26,150 nucleotides of DNA from a virus (taxonomy: Duplodnaviria; Caudoviricetes). Below, one piece after another: positions 1 to 9,501 of this stretch. A program made the position numbers and the translations under genes. The DNA is taken from positions 1 through 26,150 of the IMG/VR virus record IMGVR_UViG_3300037522_000016; one strand, written 5' to 3'. Under the pieces are notes generated by a model. It was not told where the DNA came from. It saw only the letters and a program-made list of their open reading frames with translations, and ran no database searches. The stretch's first letter is position 1; every line of letters begins with the position of its first letter.

Positions 1-3000
1 GAGGGGTGGGGTTGGGCAGTCCGGGTCTTCAGAGATGTCCTCCGAGGTCTGGGTGAGGATCAGCGCGGAAGTGTTCGGATCTCCTGTCCACTCCGCGTTC
101 GGGAATGTCTCGTCGAACGGCTCGGTCGCGACCGGGCCTCGCTGGATCATGAGTCCATCCATGTTCACCTGGCCGCCTGTCACCAGAGACGTAGGCGTGA
201 AGACCGAGGCAGATATGGTCACCAGGTCCACGTTGTCAGGCAGCACGAGGGTGTGCTCCACCCGGTACCAGGTATCCACTGCGTCCACGTCCAGGTCACC
301 CGAATAGACGATGGAAGAGAAGTCGCCCGCGAACACGACGATGTCCCATGTGTACTCCCCTAGTGAGTCTGGGTCATCGGTGAGCACGTAGAAACTGACC
401 GTCAGCTCCTCCCCCTGCGCGGGGGTTGGGCCAGAGGTCACGTTGTCGATGATGTAGAAGGCGTCAATGCTGTCGACCCTGCCAACCCCTGCTTCGGCAG
501 TGGCGCTGAACACGTACTGCCCGACCCGCGCGTCAACAAGGAAGTCAGTCCGACCCGATGAGACAGAGTCGCCTGTGGCGAACCAGTCTTCATCGTCCGT
601 CTCCAGCGAGGGGTTGTACATGTAGTTAATGATCTGAGGGAGGCCATCCTCAGAGCACGTCACATCCGGGACGGTCACCGAGGTGCCAGTTGGCAGGCCC
701 CCAGCGAAGATCGGGTTGCGGTACTTGAACGGGTTCCCGGCCCGCAGGGAGTAGGTGATCTCTGCCATGACGCCACAGGAGGCACGGCGCAGGTTCGTCA
801 GGATCGGCCCTTGCGACGCCTTGACCTCGTACATCGTGCGTGCCTGGAATCGGCCTGGCTGAGGCTCCGTCGCGTCAGTCTGAAGGATCTCCTCGACCAT
901 GAACTGGTCGATGTCCCACCGGACGCTGCCGAAGGACCCTAGCTCCAGGTCGGAGCCAGGGTGGAACGCGATGACAGACGAAGTGGACAGGGCGTTGAAC
1001 TCGACAGTCCAGTAGTGCGTGAGGCTGGTCGGGTTCTCGGTGTAGGTCGCCACCGCCCCGTCGCTATTGCTGATCGTCACGAACGGGTTGACCGACTGCA
1101 CAGGGTCGACGTCTGTCTCGCTCCAGCCCTCATGGAACTCGATCAGCATCCGATACCGCGAGCCGGGGTTCAGGCCGAACGCGGTCCGCTCTACGCCGTG
1201 GTCGGTCGTGTAGGTGGCGGTGTCCTCGAAAGGGACCTGAGCGCGCGTAGTCACCGCGTTCTGCTCTGTGTCCGGCCCGAAGTGCCATGTCACCTGCATG
1301 TTGCTGGGTGCTAGATGTGTCCAGCCGTCAGACGGCGGAACGACGTTGTAGCCCGACGTGAAGGCGACCACGCCAGGTCGCGACACGCGACGGATGAGCA
1401 GTTCGTTGATGAGGAGCAGGTCCACCACGACACCCGTGTTCTGGGTGGGGGTGATCGACAGGAAGATCGAGTCCGTGCGGGGAATGAAGTCCAGGACGAC
1501 AGGTTCGGTCGGAGGGTCGCCAGCCCAGCCTGCCACCGTCTCGTAGTCGATCTCCTGATCAGTGCTGGAGATGGAGGCGTCTGGGGTGCCCTCCCACCTG
1601 AATCCAGCGGTGTAGCCGTCGAAGTACGAACCGACGTCAGCAACCTCGACCTCGGCCGAACCTTCGAAGCCAGCGGTCATCCGGTGCGGCGCGTACACGA
1701 TCGGATCGGCGGGTGCGCGAAGTGAGTCGTAGTAGTCCTGGTCAGCCGACTCGAACTGAAGCAGGAGCCCCGTGGAGTCGTAGATGTCTCCTACTTCGAT
1801 CTCGTCACCACCGCCGGGGCCGCCTACGGCGAGCCACACGTACGCCTGCTCTCCGTCCTCGATGTCCGCTGCGGCGACGTCACCGCCAGCGATGTACGTC
1901 CACGTGTCAGCGAGGAGCGTGAACGGCTGCGTGAACTCGGCAAGGACGGTGCTGCCAGCACCGAGGATGCGGTGGTATGCAGTCCCTGACACTTCGCGGT
2001 CGGAGCGGAAGTAGGCAGCCGTGACCCACGGCTGCCCAGCCTCGATGGGATCAGGAACGATGAAGGAGTTCGTCTCACCAGCAAGCGGACCAGCGGACCC
2101 GCTGGTCGGTGCGGTCGTCACCTCATGGCGTCGGTACGTGTCGGACTGAGTCGTGTCGTACAGGACAGGGCCGTCTACCGCGCTGGTCACGTTCGAGCTA
2201 GTGACTGCACCGTCGTCACCTGTGTCGAAGTCCCAGCCAGTAGCGTCCAGCGCCCGGGGGTCGGTGCTGATGCTGTAGCGGAGCAGGTCGTAGTGCGGGA
2301 TCTCGATGAGGAGGTTCGCGACACCGAACTCCATGTTGGCCACCACGTCGCCTGGGTCCAGGTCCCAGGCGACAAAGGGCTCCATGGTTGCAGCGTCAGG
2401 CGGTGCCACGACAGCACCGGACAGGCGCTGCCATGTCCCGTCCGCCACGACGGACCCTTCGAAGACGACATCCGATGCCACCGGGTCACCTTCGCTGTCT
2501 CGGAAGTTCGAAGTCAGCCGGATGACGCCCACTTCCGAGCGCACGTAGACGGAGCCCTGGTAGATGGTGCCAGGGCTGACCTGTGTGTAGTCGCTGGAAC
2601 CGGTTGGTGCCACGGTGTAGGGGGACGACGCATTCGAAGACGTGGCTATGGCGCGGCGGAACCCGAGACCGAGGGGACCACCCATGGTCACATCGGACTC
2701 CACGTCAGCAACCCCACCACCCGAGAACTCCCACCCGAGCATGCGAGGGTTCACTGCCAGGTTGCCCCGGTAGGAGGAGCACGTATCGGCCATCCGGACG
2801 AAGTAGTCACCAAAGTTCCGCACTCGCATACGGAGCTGGTACTGCTCGCCAGGGATGAGTCCCGTGATCTCCCGGCAGGCGATCTTCTCCGGGTCTCCCG
2901 GCAGCCAGTCGAACCGGATACCAGGGTCGTCCGCCATGCTGCCGGGCCATGCCGTGATAGTTCCTGACGTGGTGGTCCATGCGTCCAGTTCCGCCTGGCT

Positions 3001-3546
3001 GACCGGCACCTCCAGCGTGTACGGCTCGGCGAAGCCGGGCGGGAGCACCTGGAGGGGCGGGCATGACGCGAAGATGCTCAGGCGGTCACCGAAGCATCGG
3101 CCCTCCTCCGTGCCGTTCAGTGCGCTGTCCAGCCATGACAGACCGGCCTGGAGAGCGGCCTCGTCCTTGGCGAACGCGACGCCGTTGACCCGGATGTCCT
3201 TTCCGGCGAAGCGCGACCCCACGACGACCGATCCATCACCGGACAGTTCAGCGGACTCAATGCTCCGCGTGGAGTCATCGATGCCCGCGAAGCCCAGGGG
3301 ATACACCCCGTAGAAATCAGCAGTCGCCGGGTCGGTCGGGTCGTACCAGGGTGCGTTGTCACCCTCAGGTGTCGTGTAGCCGTCAGGGTCGCCCACGGCA
3401 GCCTCTAGGCCGTCGCAATCCTCACACCCTCGCAGGCCCATGGTGGGCGCGAGGTTGTCCGTGTACGCCTTGACTCGGGCGGCGTTGACCAACTCGATGG
3501 TCTCACCATCGTCGTTGGCCAGCGCCATGTAGCCGGGGTACGTCAC
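1..3546 (-). CDS. Large minor tail protein (distal-tail-like N-terminus plus inserted beta-rich/carbohydrate-binding-like modules); 3' end runs off the window
   Basis: GTG at 3546 with SD AGGAGA just after the tape measure stop. Reads VTYPGYMALANDDGETIELVNAARVKAY...APWYDPTDPATADFYG and, in the same frame at the window edge, ...DISEDPDCPTPPL. Absent from the ORF track, consistent with no stop before position 1 (>1180 aa). First gene after the TMP. Confidence 0.8.
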   Translation of the reverse strand, partial: MTYPGYMALANDDGETIELVNAARVKAYTDNLAPTMGLRGCEDCDGLEAAVGDPDGYTTPEGDNAPWYDPTDPATADFYGVYPLGFAGIDDSTRSIESAELSGDGSVVVGSRFAGKDIRVNGVAFAKDEAALQAGLSWLDSALNGTEEGRCFGDRLSIFASCPPLQVLPPGFAEPYTLEVPVSQAELDAWTTTSGTITAWPGSMADDPGIRFDWLPGDPEKIACREITGLIPGEQYQLRMRVRNFGDYFVRMADTCSSYRGNLAVNPRMLGWEFSGGGVADVESDVTMGGPLGLGFRRAIATSSNASSPYTVAPTGSSDYTQVSPGTIYQGSVYVRSEVGVIRLTSNFRDSEGDPVASDVVFEGSVVADGTWQRLSGAVVAPPDAATMEPFVAWDLDPGDVVANMEFGVANLLIEIPHYDLLRYSISTDPRALDATGWDFDTGDDGAVTSSNVTSAVDGPVLYDTTQSDTYRRHEVTTAPTSGSAGPLAGETNSFIVPDPIEAGQPWVTAAYFRSDREVSGTAYHRILGAGSTVLAEFTQPFTLLADTWTYIAGGDVAAADIEDGEQAYVWLAVGGPGGGDEIEVGDIYDSTGLLLQFESADQDYYDSLRAPADPIVYAPHRMTAGFEGSAEVEVADVGSYFDGYTAGFRWEGTPDASISSTDQEIDYETVAGWAGDPPTEPVVLDFIPRTDSIFLSITPTQNTGVVVDLLLINELLIRRVSRPGVVAFTSGYNVVPPSDGWTHLAPSNMQVTWHFGPDTEQNAVTTRAQVPFEDTATYTTDHGVERTAFGLNPGSRYRMLIEFHEGWSETDVDPVQSVNPFVTISNSDGAVATYTENPTSLTHYWTVEFNALSTSSVIAFHPGSDLELGSFGSVRWDIDQFMVEEILQTDATEPQPGRFQARTMYEVKASQGPILTNLRRASCGVMAEITYSLRAGNPFKYRNPIFAGGLPTGTSVTVPDVTCSEDGLPQIINYMYNPSLETDDEDWFATGDSVSSGRTDFLVDARVGQYVFSATAEAGVGRVDSIDAFYIIDNVTSGPTPAQGEELTVSFYVLTDDPDSLGEYTWDIVVFAGDFSSIVYSGDLDVDAVDTWYRVEHTLVLPDNVDLVTISASVFTPTSLVTGGQVNMDGLMIQRGPVATEPFDETFPNAEWTGDPNTSALILTQTSEDISEDPDCPTPPL

Positions 3547-3554
3547 GTGATCTC

Positions 3555-6140
3555 CTACTTCCCTCGTGCCGCAAGATCGTCCATGAGCTGTAGAGCGACC
3601 AGCCTAGGGTTAGCGTACGGAGTGACGATGGTGATGCCGCCCACGTCGGTGACCGGTCGTCCTGGCGATCCACCCGTACCTGTGCTGGCGGCCTGGTCTG
3701 CGAGGCCACCCACGGGGGTGTTCAGGTTGCCGGGGAGCGCTGCGTTCGCCAGCGAGTTGGTCGCCGCCGTCACGTCACCGATGCCGTTCGCCAGTCCATC
3801 GACGAGACCTTCGACGATGTTGTGCCCGAACTCTTCGAACACCTTGGAGGGCGAGCCGATGCGCAGGATGCTCGCGAAGGTGGCCGCTGCACGCGCAGCC
3901 AGGTCCCGGAGGTAGTTGATGATGTCGCTACCCCGGCTGACGATCCCGAGATACAGCCCTCGCATGATGTCTATCCCGATGGCGGCGAAGCGGGCCGGTA
4001 GCTTCGCCACGCTGGCGACGGCGCGACCGGCGAGGTTTCCCAGTGCTGTGAGTGCCCGTGATGCGCCGTTCTGGATTGACCTAACGAACCGGCCGATGGC
4101 GTTAGACGCAGTCGTGGGCAGGCGACGAAGGGCAGCGCCCGCGTTGTCGATCGCGTTGCGGACGTTCTGCACAAGGTCACGCAGCGCTTTATGCGCCCTC
4201 TTCTGAAGGTCGATGAATGCCTTCACGGCACGAGCGTTGTAAAGCGCAGCCTGGATAGCCCACTCCTTGACGAGCGCCACCGCCCGAGCCACGAAGTTGT
4301 TGATGGCGATGATGACTCGGGCCAGAGCTTCACTGATCGACCTGTTCACGTTGGTGAAGATGGTGCCGACCGACTTGCCGAAGTCGCTGAGGGCCTTACC
4401 CACTATCTTCAGGGAGTCGGTGACGTCCTTCGGGAACCGAGCGAATGCATCGCCTACGGCTCCGAAGAAGCCCGCGATGGCGTCAGCGACAGCGCTGAGG
4501 ACTGCCCGGACAGCCAGGTCGAAGTTGGCCAGCGCCAGCGAGGTTGCCGCCACACCATCCTGAATGGCCAGCCAGAGCTTCACTGCTTGGATGGTGACGA
4601 ATTCGAAGGCCGGGACGAGCGTGTCACGCAGGTCCATCCCCCACTGGGCCGCGACGCTCCCCAGGCTGCCGATACGCTCGATGGCGTCACCGACAGCGCT
4701 GGCGAATCCGGTGACGGACTCGATCACCCACTGCGCGGTGCTTGCCATGGACGCAAGGTAGATGACTGCGTTTGACAGGAAGCTGAGGAAGTCGTTGAAG
4801 CTCTGGCGGGTGAACGAGTTATCCAGCGTGTCGAACAGGACGATGATCGTCCGCACGAACGTCCCGAAGGTGCGCAGGGCGTCCACACCGTCTCGGAACC
4901 ACTGGAGCAGCGCATCTCGGCCACCCTGGTCGGAGATCCAGGTGTTGAACTCGTTGACGATGTCACGAATGCTTCCCAGGAGCGCTTCCGCCGCGTCCGC
5001 ACCTCCCTCGCGCCACAGGTTCCCCAGCGCTGTGCCAACCTCCCCAGCGATCTCATAGAGGATGCCCAGGAGGTCGATCGCGCGCTGGAGGAAGTCATTG
5101 ATCGCGGTCTGACCAGCCACAGAGTTAGTCCAGGCGCTGAACTGGGCTAGGACGCGGTTGATCCCATCGAGGAACCGGTCCGCAGCAGGTGTCGCTGCGG
5201 CGAACAGCCCCACGAGCCCGTCGCCCAGGTTCGCCACGAGGTCCAGGATGCGCCGGAAGGTGCCAGGGATGGTCTGCCCCAGAGACTCGAACGTCTCGGC
5301 AAGTGGCCCTCCAGGACCGATGGTCCGGATGACGTCGGACACCCAGTCCCGGAACACCGCAGCCACCGAGTTCAGGAACGGCCCGAGTGGTCGCAGTGCG
5401 GCCACGAGTCCTTCGAGCTGGTTGGCCAGGTCGGAGAACAGGGTCTCCCGGACCCCGTCACGCACCTCACTCAGGAATGACGTGAAGGGGGCGAATGCCT
5501 TGACCTGCGCCTTCGTCATGTTGTTGAACGCGAGCACGAGCACGCTGATGCCTGCGCCGAGGGCGGCCACGGCGGGGATCAGCGCGACGATGCCACCGAA
5601 CAGTGCGCCACCGATACCCACCGCGAGTGCCGTGACGGCAGCGAACAGGGTGGAGAGGCCAGCCGCGAAGGTCCCCATCACTGCGACACCTATGGTGAAA
5701 GCGGCGCTGAGGGCGAGTAGCTGGATCACCAGGCCGTCGATTCCGCCCGCGCCGAGACCGCGGATGTTGTCACCGATGAGCCGGAACCCGCCAGCGAACT
5801 CGATGAGCGACGGGAAGCGAGCGATCACGTTGCCCAGATTCTCGAACCCGTTGGCGATCAGCCCAAGGCCGCGCCCGATGACGTTGCCGACCAGGCGCTC
5901 GATACCGGCTGAGACGATTCCCACGAAGTTGAGGAAGTCGTTGCGCGACCCGCGCAGGGTGGAGCCCCAGAAGCGGTCGAAGATGCGCGTCGTCCGGCGA
6001 AGCCGGGAGTCGATGTTGCTGGCCAGGGTGTCCCCGTAGTCGCGCCCAGCCCGCGCTGCTGCTGCTTGCAGTGAGCGCCGGAACGGGCTGAGGTCAGCAT
6101 CGACATCTACTGTGGCCCTACCGACTACGGGACCAACCAC
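3555..6140 (-). CDS. Tape measure protein (861 aa)
   Basis: Long Ala/Gly/Leu-rich helical protein with a central hydrophobic stretch and periodic W/F. N-terminal VVGRATVDVDADL and C-terminal IGSPSKVFEEFGHNIVEGLVDGL are typical of TMPs. Follows the tail chaperones. Confidence 0.92.
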   Translation of the reverse strand: MVGPVVGRATVDVDADLSPFRRSLQAAAARAGRDYGDTLASNIDSRLRRTTRIFDRFWGSTLRGSRNDFLNFVGIVSAGIERLVGNVIGRGLGLIANGFENLGNVIARFPSLIEFAGGFRLIGDNIRGLGAGGIDGLVIQLLALSAAFTIGVAVMGTFAAGLSTLFAAVTALAVGIGGALFGGIVALIPAVAALGAGISVLVLAFNNMTKAQVKAFAPFTSFLSEVRDGVRETLFSDLANQLEGLVAALRPLGPFLNSVAAVFRDWVSDVIRTIGPGGPLAETFESLGQTIPGTFRRILDLVANLGDGLVGLFAAATPAADRFLDGINRVLAQFSAWTNSVAGQTAINDFLQRAIDLLGILYEIAGEVGTALGNLWREGGADAAEALLGSIRDIVNEFNTWISDQGGRDALLQWFRDGVDALRTFGTFVRTIIVLFDTLDNSFTRQSFNDFLSFLSNAVIYLASMASTAQWVIESVTGFASAVGDAIERIGSLGSVAAQWGMDLRDTLVPAFEFVTIQAVKLWLAIQDGVAATSLALANFDLAVRAVLSAVADAIAGFFGAVGDAFARFPKDVTDSLKIVGKALSDFGKSVGTIFTNVNRSISEALARVIIAINNFVARAVALVKEWAIQAALYNARAVKAFIDLQKRAHKALRDLVQNVRNAIDNAGAALRRLPTTASNAIGRFVRSIQNGASRALTALGNLAGRAVASVAKLPARFAAIGIDIMRGLYLGIVSRGSDIINYLRDLAARAAATFASILRIGSPSKVFEEFGHNIVEGLVDGLANGIGDVTAATNSLANAALPGNLNTPVGGLADQAASTGTGGSPGRPVTDVGGITIVTPYANPRLVALQLMDDLAARGK

Positions 6141-6150
6141 GGGCGTCTCC

Positions 6151-6459
6151 CTACTGGATTGTTGCTTGGGCCTTCATGAACATCGCCATCTCGTCTTCCA
6201 CTACCGCCTCCGACACCCGCGTGCTTCCTGGGAGAGGCTTCGAGATCTCAAGGTTGATCGCCTTGATGGCCTCGTCCGCCGAGCCCCCTAGGGCACTATT
6301 CTGGATGGTCTTCAGCAGGAAGGCGAAGATCGCGTTCAAGAAGCGGTGGAAGGGGAGCTCGAACGGGTCGAGCCCGCGCGACGCGAAGTCGCCGTCGAAC
6401 GCTTCCCAGTAGCTGCCCGCGTACCCGATGAGCCGGATGCGGGCATCGTAGGGGTTTCC
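6151..6459 (-). CDS. Frameshifted C-terminal part of the tail assembly chaperone (gpT-like segment of gpGT)
   Basis: The -1 frame from GGAAACCCC (6459-6451) reads GNPYDARIRLIGYAGSYWEAFDGDFASRGLDPFELPFHRFLNAIFAF... to the stop at 6151. It has no start codon upstream of 6339 and lies directly before the TMP. Confidence 0.75.
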   Translation of the reverse strand, partial: GNPYDARIRLIGYAGSYWEAFDGDFASRGLDPFELPFHRFLNAIFAFLLKTIQNSALGGSADEAIKAINLEISKPLPGSTRVSEAVVEDEMAMFMKAQATIQ

Positions 6460-6809
6460 TGAGACCAGTCCTCCAGCAGTGCGTCGAAGACCTCCATCAT
6501 GTCCATGATGTCGAAGCCGCTGTTTTCGGTCGCCAGGAGTCGCCGCATCCGTGCCGCGTCCTCATCAGACACAAGCGACGTGACGAACTGGATGAATGGC
6601 ACAACAGCCGTCAGGCCGCGCTGGAGCTCAGTGCCGCCAGGTGCGTCAGCAGCCGCCTGCATCATCGACATGTGGACCAGGGCGGCAGTTCCTGGGTAGT
6701 AGAACTTCGTCATCTCGCCGAGGACTTCGTATTCGACGAAGTTCCCTTCATCGCGCTCGGCACGGCGAGCAGCAGCCTTGGCTGCGTTTCCGAACTTACG
6801 TGTGCTCAT
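6336..6809 (-). CDS. Tail assembly chaperone (gpG-like)
   Basis: 157 aa with SD AAGGAGG, upstream of the TMP. Ends in a Ser/Thr/Arg low-complexity tail after ...LLEDWSQETPT, typical of the post-slippery 0-frame. Confidence 0.8.
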   Translation of the reverse strand: MSTRKFGNAAKAAARRAERDEGNFVEYEVLGEMTKFYYPGTAALVHMSMMQAAADAPGGTELQRGLTAVVPFIQFVTSLVSDEDAARMRRLLATENSGFDIMDMMEVFDALLEDWSQETPTMPASGSSGTRAATGKRSTATSRRAGSTRSSSPSTAS

Positions 6810-6825
6810 GCTTCCTCCTTGTTGC

Positions 6826-7323
6826 TCAATCTAGGAACTCTGTACGGACAGTACCGAAGAAGCCATGGCGCTCCATGGCTCGGTTCAGCGCCTTGGCCAG
6901 GAAGTTGTTCGGCGACTGCCCCCGAAAGCGCTTCGCGTACAGCGTGTGTGGTCTGCGCCCCACGTTTCCAGGGCTGCGGTTCACGCGACCGAATGCGATG
7001 CCGCGCTTCATGAGTGCTGCACCGATCAGGTAGTTAGTTCGTCCATTCCCGTAGACGGTGCTCGCTCCGCCCGTCCCTCCGATGACGTAGCCGACATGAG
7101 GTGCGGTGCAGGAGATGGTCCCTATCGCAGTGGATCGCGTGTACCGGACCCCGTCGTTCCGGATGCCGTTGAACAGCTCGTTCGTCCCCTGCGGGACGCC
7201 ACGCCGGGCGCTGCGGTAGGCGTCAGTGTTGATGCTGTCTGCCAGGTCCCCGATGTCCGTGTGCAGGAGGCGCTGGATGCCGCGCTCCCGGACTCGGAAG
7301 CTCGTCCTCACGCGGGAGACCAT
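6826..7323 (-). CDS. Putative neck/tail completion protein (HK97 gp10-like)
   Basis: Basic 165 aa protein with APHVGYVIGGTG and a C-terminal GQSPNNFLAKAL, resembling the gp10-like 'P.PFL..A' motif; located in the head-tail module. Confidence 0.6.
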   Translation of the reverse strand: MVSRVRTSFRVRERGIQRLLHTDIGDLADSINTDAYRSARRGVPQGTNELFNGIRNDGVRYTRSTAIGTISCTAPHVGYVIGGTGGASTVYGNGRTNYLIGAALMKRGIAFGRVNRSPGNVGRRPHTLYAKRFRGQSPNNFLAKALNRAMERHGFFGTVRTEFLD

Positions 7324-7832
7324 CAGGCCCTACCCACGCTGACGCGCCATGTGCCGCCCACCAGGTTCCCGTTCGGTCCCTGGGGTTCGTACGCACCCAG
7401 GATCAGGTCCAGGTCGCTATTGTCATCGCAGCACAGGATCGCGGACCGGATCGCAGCCATGGTGGCGATCTGGAGCCGCGACGACTCGAACTGCTGAAGC
7501 TGGCTCGGGGGCGACCCGTCAGCGCTCGGCCCTGGGGTGCACTGGATAACCCCGACCTCGATCTCTGCTGCCAGCGTCGTGCCGCAGTTGTTCAGGTCGA
7601 AGCTCTGATTCGGAAAGACGGCGGACGGGACAACGGAGTCCAGTCGGACCCACGCCATGCCAGTCATGTAGTCCCAGGTGGCCTGCTGGCCCGGGACGAT
7701 GCCGCAGAAGCAGTCGCCAGGCATGAGCCCGCGTGTCGTCAGCGTCTCGCACAGGCAGTCGCGCAGTTCGACCATCAGTGGCCAGATGTCGGTGTCTTCG
7801 GTGTAGTCGCTCGGGGGAGTGGTTTCGCTCAT
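7323..7832 (-). CDS. Putative tail terminator / head-tail connector protein (169 aa)
   Basis: Start MSETTPP at 7832 is coupled (TGATG) to the adaptor stop. Cys-containing, with AWVRL and a PQGPNGNLVGGTW end; follows the adaptor. Confidence 0.55.
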   Translation of the reverse strand: MSETTPPSDYTEDTDIWPLMVELRDCLCETLTTRGLMPGDCFCGIVPGQQATWDYMTGMAWVRLDSVVPSAVFPNQSFDLNNCGTTLAAEIEVGVIQCTPGPSADGSPPSQLQQFESSRLQIATMAAIRSAILCCDDNSDLDLILGAYEPQGPNGNLVGGTWRVSVGRA

Positions 7833-8704
7833 CAGAACCGCCAGGTGGTGCGTCGCCCCTTGGGGGCATCGGGGGAGTAGATGCCCGAGGGCAGCGTGTT
7901 GGTCGGGTTCCAGATCCGGATGTACGAGTCCACGGTCCGCACACCAGTGATGCCTCCCGTGAACATCTCCGGATCTAGTTCCATGGTGATGCCCTGGCGG
8001 GTGATGGACTGGACGTTCGCGGGCAGCGCGCAGTCCTTGTTGACGCACGCCTTGGCGAACTCGGCAGCCAGGGTGCCCGCGACGTACGCGCCCACCCCAT
8101 CCACCTCGTTGCCATCAAGGTAGGTGACGAAGAACGTGTCCTCGCCAGAGTCCTTGTTCATGTCCTGGCAGACAGGCCACGTCCCGCCGTCCGTGCGCAC
8201 CAGGCGGTTGTTGTTGTCCACGCGGTACGCGCTCGGGTCCAGGGTCACGCCGTCCAGCACCACAGCGTCCACGCGACCCACGTTCACGACCGTGGGCAGG
8301 TAGACCTCCTCGACCTTGGTGCAGGAACAGCCGTCGCCCTTGCATCCACAGGCGTTCAGCCACTGACCACCCGGACCTACGTACGGGCTGAAGCCGAAGC
8401 TCCCGCCGTACGCGCCAGCGAACAGCACCCCCAGGTCCGGGGCCGTGAGCCACGAACCAGGGATGCAGGACCGGTTGCACGGGCGCACGGTGACGGAGCA
8501 GCCACCGACCCGGTACCCGGTGAGCATCCGAAGCGTCTGAGCAGCCAGCGCCTCAGACAGCGCCATGACCTCCGGGGTGATGTCGTCCATCACGTCGGAG
8601 GGGCAGGCGTCCCAGTTCACCGGGAAGCACAGGTCTATGGCTGGAGGGATGACGCTGGTCTCGGCGTCGAAGGCGCTGGAGTAGGCAGTCGAGAAGGCTG
8701 GCAT
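7832..8704 (-). CDS. Head-to-tail adaptor (290 aa)
   Basis: Start MPAFST at 8704 (TAATG coupling). Motifs LRMLTGYRVGGCSVTVRPC, LVRTDGGTWPVCQD and LPANVQSITRQGITM...TGVRTVDSYI match the Cys-rich adaptors of cluster-B-like actinophages. Confidence 0.8.
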   Translation of the reverse strand: MPAFSTAYSSAFDAETSVIPPAIDLCFPVNWDACPSDVMDDITPEVMALSEALAAQTLRMLTGYRVGGCSVTVRPCNRSCIPGSWLTAPDLGVLFAGAYGGSFGFSPYVGPGGQWLNACGCKGDGCSCTKVEEVYLPTVVNVGRVDAVVLDGVTLDPSAYRVDNNNRLVRTDGGTWPVCQDMNKDSGEDTFFVTYLDGNEVDGVGAYVAGTLAAEFAKACVNKDCALPANVQSITRQGITMELDPEMFTGGITGVRTVDSYIRIWNPTNTLPSGIYSPDAPKGRRTTWRF

Positions 8705-9432
8705 TAGACCGTCGCCCCCGTCGCATCGACCCAAGCCGCGCCATCCCACCAAGTGGGGATGCCGAGCGTGGCGTCGAAGTACATGAAGCCAGTCAGGACC
8801 GTGGTGGGCCGCTGCGCTGTCGTGCCGCTGTTCATCACGCGCCGATCAGGAGCCACGAGAATGGCCCCCTGCGTCGGGTGCGCGTTGGTCACGTACCCGA
8901 CGCGGGATGACGTGAGGGTTGCGGTGAGCGTCCCGGTGGACGTGGCATACACCTGGTCGCCATCCGAGAACGCTGATGTATCGATGTCACGCACCAGGCC
9001 GTACGTCGTGACCTTCCCGTTGTTGTTGTTCGTGATGTCGTGCGTCGCCACGCCGATGAGCTGCCCCTGCCCGACATCAAGCCCGACAAGGACCAGGTTC
9101 CCCTGGCCGCCAGTGATCCGAACGGGGCGCCCGTTGAGGATTGTCGCTCCCGTGGTGTTGCGAGCGTTCAGCCACTGCTCGTGTCCCACCTGAAGGGCCA
9201 CCCCGGAGGTGTCCGACATGACCTCCACCATGCCTTCGTCGGCGTTCCAGTGCATGGCACCAGTGGTGAATGGGGGGATGGATGCGGCCACGTCGAACAG
9301 CAGGCCCTCGATCGGGTCGGTGCCATCCGTGCGGCCCCAGATGCTCTCCACGACGGAACGCATGTCAGCAGCGCTGATCTCGCCGCTCGTGTTGTCAGGC
9401 AGCAGGGCCAGCACCTCTGCGAGTGTCGCCAT
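8704..9432 (-). CDS. Putative virion accessory/decoration or fibre protein (242 aa)
   Basis: SD AAGGAG. N-terminal LPDNTSGEISAADMR, a central beta-rich GVATHDI...GKVTTYG segment, and a C-terminal GTTAQRPT...GFMYFDATLGIPTWWDGAAWVDATG motif of the kind seen in phage fibre/structural proteins. Confidence 0.5.
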   Translation of the reverse strand: MATLAEVLALLPDNTSGEISAADMRSVVESIWGRTDGTDPIEGLLFDVAASIPPFTTGAMHWNADEGMVEVMSDTSGVALQVGHEQWLNARNTTGATILNGRPVRITGGQGNLVLVGLDVGQGQLIGVATHDITNNNNGKVTTYGLVRDIDTSAFSDGDQVYATSTGTLTATLTSSRVGYVTNAHPTQGAILVAPDRRVMNSGTTAQRPTTVLTGFMYFDATLGIPTWWDGAAWVDATGATV

Positions 9433-9449
9433 GTTTCTCTCCTTCTACG

Positions 9450-9488
9450 GGATGAGGGCCAGGCCCATGGTGGACCTGGCCCTCATCC
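9450..9488 (-). terminator. 14-bp stem-loop after the major tail gene (terminator/attenuator or processing stem)
   Basis: GGATGAGGGCCAGG (9450-9463) / CCTGGCCCTCATCC (9475-9488) is a perfect inverted repeat just downstream of the MTP stop; no strong U-tract. Confidence 0.6.
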
Positions 9489-9501
9489 TGTCAGGTGCCA
9501 A

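Noticed and set aside
6520-6570. Minus-strand CTGATGAG...CGAAA in the tail chaperone
   Set aside because: Stem II gives only 2 bp and there is no stem III or cleavage triplet; this is ordinary coding sequence (SDED).
7820-7838. Minus-strand CTGATGAGCGAAAC resembling a hammerhead core
   Set aside because: There is no room for a stem II loop and no stem I/III partners or NUH site; it is explained by the TGATG stop-start overlap followed by the codons for M-S-E-T.
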